From assembly GCA_964270895.1 (NCBI GenBank), contig OZ185438.1: a DNA stretch of 64,000 nucleotides. One strand, given 5' to 3'. The number at the start of each line of letters is the position of its first letter. Position 1 is the first letter of the stretch. Origin of the DNA: Podarcis filfolensis. Lineage: Eukaryota. The translations under genes were made by a program, and so were the position numbers. Positions 9,501-18,547 of the stretch are shown here, one piece after another. The notes under the pieces were generated by a model. That model did not search any database. It worked only from the letters and a program-made list of their open reading frames with translations, and was not told where the DNA came from.

Positions 9501-12500
9501 GCGTGCGTTACATTAGCTCACGTACGCGGACGTTCAAGCGAGCTAAATCCATTGACCGCTGTCTCTTCTCTCCCTTGACATCTTTGACAGCCTCCCCTTA
9601 ATGTTTGTATATTTAAAAATTAAGAAAAAGGAGCTTTTGACTGAAAGTGTTCAGCCCATCTGCCACTTATGACAACACCATTAAAAACCATTTAACAATC
9701 ACTTTCAAAAAACCAAGATTTTGTACTCTGCATCTGTTTACATTTTAAAGCCTAATTTGAGCATAAAGCCCAACTTTTGCCTTAGCACCCAGAAATCTTT
9801 TGGATCCCAGAGGCCCTGCCCAATTACCACACACCCACTTTTTCCTCTTCTCCATCACTTTCTGCTGCACATTGAGCAGCTGCCTTGGAGAGACAAGGCC
9901 TGGCACACCCGCCTCTTGTTCTTGGCCAAGCTCTTCTACCCTCCCTCTCTGGGGCTGCTTCGTTCTTCCTCCCTCTTGCAAGGCCCTCTGCTGCTGCTCC
10001 TTCCCTTGCCTGTCTCATTTCTTTTTCTCCTCTTTGGCAGGAACTGAACTCTGGCTCTTAGCTTCTCACCAGGCCTTCAGGTTCTCCGATAACTTTGATT
10101 CTTGCCGTTAAAAGTTTTCCAAGGCCTTGTAATCAAATCAAATAGCTCCTTCTCTGATGTGTCTCATCTCCTGCTAAAGCAACTGGCTCTACTCAATTTT
10201 CCTGCTGGTGCCACATTTGCACTTCAGATAAAGTTCTCTTTTTCCAGTTTCTTTCTGTTACTTCATTCTAGTGTTTCTGTGAGTTTTCATGCACACTTTA
10301 AAAATGTGTAGCTGGTATGAATAGTTCTGACTCTTATTTGTTTTTGACACAGGTAGGTAGCCGTGTTGGTCTGACGCAGTCAAAATTTTAAAAAAAAATG
10401 TCCAATACCGCCTTATAGACCAACTAAGTTTGTTCTGGTATAAGCTTTTGTGTGCATGCACACTTCTTCACTTCTTTTACAACTACCTATCGTGTCCCCT
10501 TGTCACCCCTCTTGACTTTGGCTCAGATTCTGATCTCCTGCCCTGTTGCTAAAGGCTTTCTAACAACACCCTGCAGGCTCATTCTTCCACCAACACCTTC
10601 AGCCAACAACTCCCCACTGTCCTCTCTCGGCTGCCCTGCATTCTTCCTCCAAGGTCCCCCACCCACAAGACACTCACCTCTTTGGGCAGCAGTGATATGA
10701 AATCGCGCTGGAATTGGGGCTCGATCACTTGCATCATGTGCTTGATCTGAGGAGGCTCACAGCGGTCAATGAGCTCATCCAGAGCCAGCAGCTTCTCTGG
10801 GCCGCTCCAGCGCTGGCGGGAGAAAGGAGTAAGGGGAGATCAAGCGCAAAACCCAGGATTGCAGCCCGTCTCTGCGCCAGAACCAAGGCCACAAAGCAGC
10901 CCATAAAAGCAATCAAAGCAAAAGCTTTGTAGCTTTCTAAATGTTGAAACACCACCAATGCATCAGCTCACTTTTAAGATCAAATCCCTAAAACAAAATA
11001 GGAAATGAGAAACACACCACAGCACATCTGCCAAATGCCCGGCTCGTGGAAAAAGGCCTTTGCTGAATGTCGGAAGGTCAGCTGCAAGCCAGCCAGAAAG
11101 CGCAGCCCTGCTCTGCCTCCAGCCGAGGGCCTCATGCATCACACAGACACAGGCGCCTCTGCCTGCCACTCACCTGGAAAGTGCGCAGCCAGTCCTGCAG
11201 CTCAGGGGGTGGTGTCATTGGGGGGACATGCCGGCAGCGCGCCTGGCCTGCCTTGGCGTTTCGCAAATCCCCAAAGGTGGCCGTGGGGCTAGCGACACAG
11301 GGGCCCAGCACTCTGGAGAGGAAGCAAGTATGTCAGGAGAATGCCATGGCCAGGGGCCCAAGTCAAGAGTCCTGCTGGAGACAGACCCCCTGTCTCCCCC
11401 GGCACCTTGCAGGAGCTCCCAAGCGCCACCCGCAACCTTCTCACCTGCCCCTCTCGGAGCCCTTGCACAGCTTCTTGCCAGGCGACTGGGCTCTGCCATC
11501 CGGGCCGCTCTCTGACTTGCGCTTCATCTGCAATGCAAAGAGATGGGGCGGAATGGAGTCACACGGATCCAGGAAAACCTTCAGCTCCACAAGAAGAAAG
11601 GCTATGCAATGCACGCAGTGCCCCCTCCTGATGAACAGCGCCGCATCAGGTCAAGTGGGGCACCCTTCTTGCTGCCTCCACCGCACAGCAGCCATGCCAG
11701 GGCCCCCATGCCTCCCCAAAAGACTGGAAGGCTGAACACTTTCTCTCAGAACACAGATCTACAAACTGTGCTTTGGGACAACAACCTCGTACGGACAGGA
11801 GGTGGGGAATAAAGATGCAGCACGCAGTAGCCCTCTCCCCACCTGACGGCTTTTGCCTTTCATCCTTGGAGCCTTGATGGCCAGAACACACCCAAGAATC
11901 ACAAGAGCCTGCTGGATGAGGCCAATGGCCCATCAAGTAAAGGTAAAGGACCCCAGTTTAAGTCCAGTCAAAGGTGACGATGGGGTGCCGTGCTCATCTC
12001 GCTTCACCCTGAGGGAGCCGGTGTTTGTCCGCAGACAGTTTTTCCAGGTCATGTGGCCAGCAGGACTAAACCGCTTCTGGCACAACTGAACACAGTGACG
12101 GAAATCAGAGCGCACGGAAATGCCATTTACCTTCCTGTCACAGAAGTACCAATTTATGTACTTGCACTGGCATGCTCTCAAACTGCTAAGTTGGCAGAAT
12201 CTGGGACAAAGCAACAGAAGCTCACCCCATTGTGCAGATTCAAAAAGGGATGTGAATGGGAGTGTGGTCTAAACCACACTGACCCTCTTGGGCTTGCTGA
12301 TCAGAAGGCCCGTCCAGTCCAGCCCTCTGTCCCCACAGTGGCCAACCAGATGCCCATTATGGAAACCCCCAGGCACAATCTGTGCCCAAGAACAACACTC
12401 CCCCCACCCCTGGTCATCTGTGGCTTCCAGCATCTGGTTTTCAGAGGCATCGCTGCCTCCTACTGTGCAGGGCAGAGCATGCTTAGCCATGGTGGCTAGT

Positions 12501-13806
12501 TGCCTCCAACAGCCCCTCCTCTATGAATTGCAGACTTAAAATCTGCACAGGAAAAATGTGCTCCGACTTCAAAAATTCCTCCAGTGAGGGGGAAAAAAAG
12601 ATATCATGAACAAGGCATTAAATTTATGCGCTCCAACCCCCTTGTTATGGTCAGCACAGTCCCTTGGCTGCACCCCTGAGAAACGCTTAGCACAAGCATT
12701 TGATGCCACAGACATTTCCAGGAAGAACCTGAAGGTCCTGGCCAGCATCACCCTCTTCTCCTGCCAGCCGCCCTGAGCCAAAGAGAAGACCAAACCGAAA
12801 ACTTGCACAGCCCCCCCCCCCCTCTGATGCCTGGCATGGACACTCTCGGCTGCTGCGCCCCAGAGCCCCGTCCCTTTCTCTGGGCTCCTTTCCCCAGGCA
12901 GCTTCCCAAGGAGAAGCGTCTGCTGGATCTGGCCCATCCCGGGCAGCCGCCTGCTCTGCCGGGGGTCTCCCTCTTCCCGTTCTCCCCCCCGCAGCCCCTT
13001 CTTCACCTTGGGCCGCGTGTGCCGGATGAGGCCGCCGCCCTCCGTCCGCTCCAGGTAGTCGATCCAGCGCTCGTCCACCGTGTAGTAGAAGTAGACGTCG
13101 CCGCCGCCGCCGCCGCTCTCCTCGCCATCGCTGCTGCCGCCGCTCGTCTCATCCTCGGAGTCGGGAGCCCCCGGCGGGCAGGAGCTGCCCGGCTCCTCCT
13201 CCGGCTCCGCCTCGGCCGCCAAGCAGGCCGGCGCCCAGCTCTCCCGCTGACCCGCCGCCTCGTCCGGAGCCTGCGGGGGGAAGCGGGCCGCGGGGTTCAG
13301 CGAGCCTCGGCCCAGCCGCCCGCCCCCCGCCCGGCTTTCTTCCGCCCGCCCCCCGCCCGCCCCGGGGACGCGGGCCAGGGTCGCCGCCAAGCCCACCTCG
13401 GGCGCGGGAGCCGAGGACGACGACGACGACGCCGGGCAGGCGGCAGCGCGGGCGGGCTCCGGCGAGCAGGTCATCCGCTGGCTGTTCAGCTCCAGGATCC
13501 GCGCCGTGATCCCCTTGACGTGCAGCAGGTCGTCCAGGGAGGCGAAGCCCTTCAGCTCCTGGGGGGAGAGGGGCGCCCCGTCACGCACCGAGGGAGGAGA
13601 GGAGCCCCGCGGAAAAGCCCCCCCGCCAGGAGCGGAGCCCCCCCCCCTCGGACGCCTGGGTCCCTCACCTCCCGCTTGCGCACGATGCCCCGGGCCCGGC
13701 GGCGCCCGATGCCGACCAGCGCCCGCTCCAGCTCCGCCACGCAGGCCCGGTTGATGTCCAGCTTGCCCCCGCCGCCGGGGCCCGGCCCGCCCGCCGATCC
13801 CGACAT
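6545..13806 (-). CDS. FBXW7-like: FBXW7-like F-box/WD40 protein with N-terminal HhH domain, predicted 727 aa. Exons (transcript order) 13806-13669, 13558-13397, 13270-13007, 11527-11445, 11312-11174, 10812-10678, 8928-8805, 8722-8586, 8000-7887, 7802-7621, 7533-7308, 7229-7019, 6813-6545 (TGA)
   Basis: Exons 4-13 encode MKRK..., the D domain ([25 protein letters not shown]), the F-box ([20 protein letters not shown]) and WD40 repeats ending [13 protein letters not shown]. Exon sizes 83/139/135/124/137/114/182/226/211/269 match human FBXW7 as recalled (139 vs 142). All sites are GT-AG and the total of 2184 nt is open. Confidence refers to exons 4-13; linkage of exons 1-3 is less certain. Confidence 0.95.
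11934..12245 (-). mobile_element. Sauria-type SINE in FBXW7-like intron 3 (a short + strand 5' fragment follows at about 12262-12310)
   Basis: Characteristic segments aaaggtaaagg...ccagt, gtcatgtggccagca.gactaa.ccgcttctgg, cagagcgcacggaaa.gcc.tttaccttcc and aactgcta.gttggcag. Confidence 0.8.
13007..13806 (-). CDS. Three exons encoding a ComEA/HHH_3-like tandem helix-hairpin-helix domain plus acidic linker; predicted 5' exons of the FBXW7-like gene
   Basis: Spliced translation [32 protein letters not shown]|[31 protein letters not shown] follows the ComEA pattern (ININ.A..EEL..LPGIG...A..IV..R...G.F.S.DDL..VKGIG). All junctions are phase 0, and the last donor (CCCAAG|gtgaag, 13007) is compatible with the phase-0 MKRK exon. 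Confidence 0.8.
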
Positions 13807-13938
13807 CGCTGCTGCCGCCGCCCGGACTCGGCCGGACTGCGCTTGCGCCGGCCACGCACCGCCGCCCCTCCCTCAACTACAGCCCCCAGCAGGCATTGCG
13901 AGACGAGACGAGACACTTCCGCTTCGCGAGAAAAGCGC

Positions 13939-13944
13939 TTTATT
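13939..13944 (-). terminator. RRP8 polyadenylation signal AATAAA
   Basis: tttatt on + strand, 43 bp past the RRP8 stop. Confidence 0.7.
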
Positions 13945-13987
13945 CAGAGCGAGGCGGCGGCCCAGACAAAGCCCCGCCCCCGTGGCG

Positions 13988-16900
13988 TCACCGCCGCTTG
14001 TAGAGGCAGGGGCGGAGCGCCAAGCCCGGAAGAGCCCCTTCGCCCCGCCCCTTCCGCTTCGCCGCTTCCGCCTTGCGCAGCTCGAAGGTGAAGAAGTGGC
14101 TGCCCGTCACGTCCTGCAAGGAGAGGAGAGGGAAGGCGATGCGGAGGCGCGCGCGGGCCGGAAGGGGGCCTGGCGCGGCCCCCGGGAGGGAGGGAACCCC
14201 CCAGCCGAGCGGGAGGAGACCTACCTTGCGGAGGAGCCGGAAGCCGAGCCGGGCCAGCGCCGCCACGAAGGCCCGCACGTCCGGGAAGCGGCTGGCCACC
14301 TCGGCCACCAGGAGGGTCCCCCTGCGAGGAGAGGCGGAGGGAGGGAGATCAGCCACCAAGGGCGGCGGGGGCAGAAAAGACTAACGGGGATGCTGAGTGA
14401 ATCCTCCAGCCGGCAGAAGCATCCCCTGAGCAGGACACCCCCCCCGTGTGTGTCAGGAGGGCAGCTGCAGGACCCGGGAGGGGCTGGGAGACGGCCTGGC
14501 CCCCCAAAGAGAGGGGCCCCAACTGCTATAGGTCATTGTTTTTGCTGGTGCTCTGAGTGGTTACCAATCATGCAATCCTTTCCCCCTAAGCAGTCCAGGG
14601 AATGCTTGCTTATTTTATTATTGCATTTCACATCAGGAAACCTCAGAGGATGCCTCAGAAGCAGCCCCTTCCCACCTTCGGAAATTTAAAATGTCTGTTT
14701 TACAGTATTTCATGTCCTGTAACCCACCCAGAGTGGCTGGGGAAACCCAGCCAGATGGGCGGGATACAAGCAATAAAATTATTATTATTATTACTATTAT
14801 TATTCACAATGATCCAGAGCTGCTGCCTCTGATCCTGTGGCCGACATGTAGCCACTGACAGCCTTCCTTCTCTCTCCAGCAATTCAGACCCAGGGGTCCT
14901 TCTCTGAGCTCTGCCTGGAGCTGCCATGGGTGGGTGTGAGAGGGTGAACCCAAGACCTGCCTGGGAAGTCTGCACTTCCACCAAAGCTCTTCCTCCTCCT
15001 CGCTACTTGTTTTCAAAGGCAATTGATGCAGAGGGCTGATTTTAAAGAATGCAAGTAAACTTTAGATCAGGGGGGCTTCATGCATATTTTCGAGACTGTT
15101 TTGATACTGAAATAGAAAATACACGAATAGTGGTTTTTTCAATATTCAAGTTAGTGCTACTAAGCAGATTTAGCTGATTCACTGCCTCAAGGCTCTTTGC
15201 AACCATCATTAATTCATTGTCTGAATATTAATAAATGTATATTAACATAATCCTTTATTTTAGTAATATCTTTTGTTTAAGTTGTTGTTATTTCAGTTTT
15301 CTGTACAACGCTTAAAAATATTCTAACTATATCTCTATTAATATATTAGTAATATTTTAATATTTCTGACTGGAAAACCCAGTCAGATGGGCAGAGTATT
15401 ATTATCATTATTATTATTAAGCAGTATAGGTATTAAATATCATCATCCCCATATGACAGCCATAGGTTTTGACTGAGCTGGCAGTGCCCTGATCAGCCAC
15501 TTCACGTGTCCCCCTCACTGCCACAGCCCCTCCCATGCCAGTGAGCCCAGGACCCCACAATTACCCAACTCGTAGCACACGGTTGGCCTCTTCCAAGATC
15601 TCCTGCAGGTTAGTACCCATCAGTGCCAGGCAGAACACAGCCACGTCAACAGATTCATCATCCAGGGGGACCTGCACAGAAGGAGCAAAAAGGGAGGCGC
15701 AGTTGGAAAACCATGTGTGTCAGGTAGTCATAGAAGCATAGAACTGTGGAGCTGGGAGGGACACCCAAGGGCCATCTAGTCTAATCCCCTGGAATGTAGG
15801 AATCACACTCAATGTATCCCTGACACGTGGCTGTCCAAGCTCTGCTTAAAAGCCTCCAGTGAAGCAAAGCCCACCTGCATGGGCTGATCACACAGCAGTG
15901 CCCAAGCCTGGAGAAGGCAGGTGCTGTGAGAAGGCCCTCCCCCCAACGTACCTGGGCCATGTCGCAGACAATGACTCGGGGGTCCAGAGCCACCAGGTCA
16001 AAACAGTGCACTTTGTTCCGCACGCTGCGTGCCAGCATGCAGTCCCCGCAACCGAAATCTGCCACCACAAGTGATGCTGGTCTGTGGGGGGAGGGGCAAA
16101 GTTAGACCGTGCACCCATCCTGTCAAACACTTCTATACGTTAACTATGACATTGCAACATGCGCAAATGTTTGCTTAACCAGCACATGTTGAAGGGGGGG
16201 AGCTGGCCAACCCCCCCCCCCATCCTTACCTCTGGCGCAGGTAGCACACAAAGCGCTGCACGGGGTTTTCAGGCCACTGGGCCACCTGCCGGGCAAAGCC
16301 CCGGTGATACACTGCCAAGGCCTCAGGGTCATCCTGGAAGAGCTGGACTGCCTGCTGGCTGGAGGATGTGTAGAGCTGCTGGTTGATGAAGCGGAAGCGC
16401 GCTGACTCCAGCCGCTCCTCCATGCGCAGCCGCAGGGATGCTGCCCTCTCGCTGAGAAGTTCCTGGCCTGCTGGATCTTCCTGGCTGCTGGGGGGCTCCT
16501 CTGCTGCTGCAGGGACTGCAGAGGCCACAGGGGGCTTCTCGCGGCCCAGCCCTGCCTTGAACCTGTTCTGGCGACGCTTGTTCTTCTGGCGGTTCTTCCA
16601 CTGTCTCCTGGTCAGCCGCTGCCTTGGCTCCTCCTCTGGGTCCTTTGCCCCAGCGCTCCTCTGCTTGCTGCTGGGCTCAGGGTCTCCGCCTCCAGCTGCC
16701 TTGTCTGGACAGGGCAAGGACAGAGGTGCTTAGCTCTGGGCTCCATCGCCCCCCCCCCTGCCGGCCCAGATGATCGCTCTAGTCCGGGGCTCTGTGCACT
16801 GACTGCTGGTGGCAACAGCCCACCGGGGTTCCAGGCAGAGGGACCAGCCCCACCCCACCTGGAGAGGCCCCCAGGGACTGAGATGCAGGGAAGGCTTCAC

Positions 16901-17518
16901 AAGATTATAAGAACCTAGTCCAACATCATAGCCTTACAGTGGACAACCCTGATGGGAAATCCACAAGCAGCACCTCAGCAAAGGAGCACAGCCGTGGAGA
17001 GTCCCGCGAGAAGGCAGCTTGCCGCTTGCCGCCACCCGAACTACAACCCAGGCTAACCCCCTGACCCGCCTTTGCGCACCGGGCTATTCTCTCGGCCTTC
17101 GTCCCGGGGAGACCCTCGGCCCCGGCCTAGCGGCATCACCTGCTCGGGGCGCCGGCTCCTCCTTCCGGGCCGGGAGGCGCTGCTGCTGCTGCTGCTGCGA
17201 TTGCGGAGCTCCGGGGGGCGACCCCGCCTGCGGCCCCTTCCTGGGGCGCTTCCTCTCCGGCGGCTGCTCGGCCTCCGAGTCCGACGCGCTGCTGCCTCGG
17301 CCGGAGGAGGAGGACGGGGAAGGCGGGCGCGGCGCCGAGCTCTGCAGGCGGCGCAGGGTGGCCAGGAGACGCCGGCGCGCGGCGGGGCTGGGCGGGGCGG
17401 GGCGGCCCCCCGAGGGACCCCGCGCGGCCCCCCGCCGCCCCGCCAGGGGACTCGCCGCGGCCCGCGGGCCCGGCAGCTCCAGCTCCGCCGCCTCGCCCCA
17501 CGGGGCCTCCTCGAACAT
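13988..17518 (-). CDS. RRP8: Ribosomal RNA-processing protein 8 (nucleomethylin, SAM methyltransferase), 437 aa. Exons 17518-17140, 16704-16230, 16081-15952, 15671-15565, 14321-14225, 14113-13988
   Basis: MFEE start, [28 protein letters not shown] motif [24 protein letters not shown], and C-terminal LRPCLYKRR; 1314 nt open after splicing. Confidence 0.96.
14700..14800 (+). repeat. Recurrent squamate retroposon 3' tail (cccagagtggctggggaaacccagccagatgggcggg...aataa(tat)n); further copies at about 15370-15420, 25540-25595 and 46375-46455
   Basis: Four near-identical copies in the window, three followed by a TAT-type tail. Family not assigned. Confidence 0.7.
15729..15865 (-). repeat. CR1 3' end fragment; similar 3' tails at about 4130-4270, 25640-25705, 38500-38600, 58930-59030 and 62355-62450
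   Basis: catagaa...gggccatctagtc.aa.ccc and ttggactagatg.ccctt...tcccttccaactct..(attctatg)n signatures. Confidence 0.7.
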
Positions 17519-18547
17519 CGTCTCGGGGAAAGAAGCAGCAGCGGCGGCGGCAGCCCAGGCGCTCACGCTGGCGGAAGTTCCGGGTCTCCGGGTCGCCCTC
17601 TAGAGCGCCATCTCGCCGCCAGAGCGGCCCGCGGGCTCCCCCTGCCGCCCGGAGGCCGCCGCAGCAAGGGGCGCCGGAGGACGGGGCGCCCTCGGAGGGC
17701 GGCGGCGGAGAGAGACCCCCGTGCCTGGGGCGCGCCGGGGCGGGCTGGGGGAGCGGAGTCCGCCCTGGGCCGCCGCCCGGCCAAGGGGCCCGTCTGGGAC
17801 GGAGCGGGGCGCCGCCCGGGACCCCCGCGCCCGGCCCTGCAGCGCCGCCTGGTGGCGCCCGGGGCCGCTGCTGCGGAGCCTCTGCTGCCGGGCGGGGCGG
17901 CGGGGCCGTCGGAGGGGAGCGGAGGCCGGGAGGGGGCGGTCTCCGGCGGGAGCCGCCCGAGGGAGCGGCGGGGAGGAGCCGAGCCGACGGGACGCGCCAC
18001 ACACGGAGCCGCCGCCGCGATCGGGCACGGTAAAGGGGACGGCGAGACGGGGATCCCCGGGGTCGGGGTGGGGCAGCCCGGCCGCTCGCCTCGCAGCAGC
18101 CCGGCCACGCCCGTCCGTCGCTGCCCTTGCCCGACGGGGCCCGGGAGGGCGGCTTCCTCCTCGGGGCGGCCGCTCCCGCTCTCCTGCCCCGGGACCCTGG
18201 GGGGCTCAGCTGTCGGGCGGCGCCGCATCGCGCCCTCCCCCGGTCCGAGGAAGCGGCCCTCCCGGCCGGGCGCCGCGGCTCTGCTGCAGAAGGGCGGTGT
18301 CGGGGGGCTCCTGCCCGGAGCTAGAGCCCAGATTCTCGGCTCCAGAGCAGGACATCGGGGCGGCTGCCTATCGCCCTCTTCCCTCCGGGAATCCGCCCTG
18401 AATCGGGACTGCTCGGGACCGTTACTCGGGTGGGGTGGGGTGCAGCTGCCCGGGACAGCCGGGGTCAGGCGGGTTGCGGGGCGAGGGGGCTCATCGCGGC
18501 TCCGACCGCTGGCTGACCCTCCCCGCCCTCCTTTGGCAGGAGGGACC
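17519..18547. promoter_or_regulatory. CpG-island bidirectional promoter shared by RRP8 (-) and ILK (+)
   Basis: Head-to-head ATGs at 17518 and 18548 with a very CpG-rich interval. Paired ETS cores cggaagttccgg at about 17572-17583. Candidate ILK 5'UTR donor CACG|gtaaag near 18030 and acceptor at 18539. Confidence 0.75.

Noticed and set aside
10734-10958. Hydrophobic ORF resembling an FBXW7-beta-type N-terminus
   Set aside because: Out of frame with the exon starting at 10812 and located downstream of the common exons.
12131-12200. Apparent gamma-like first exon ending WYFCDRK|gtaaat
   Set aside because: Lies wholly inside the Sauria SINE; the resemblance to FBXW7-gamma (PFCRRR) is probably coincidental.
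12614-12708. Imperfect terminal inverted repeat suggesting a MITE
   Set aside because: TIR match is weak and no TSD was found.
12569-14689. Long ORFs 12569-13876 (-) and 12803-14689 (+)
   Set aside because: The minus ORF is a composite of real exons and introns; the plus ORF is a GC-rich antisense shadow with Pro/Arg/Ala bias.
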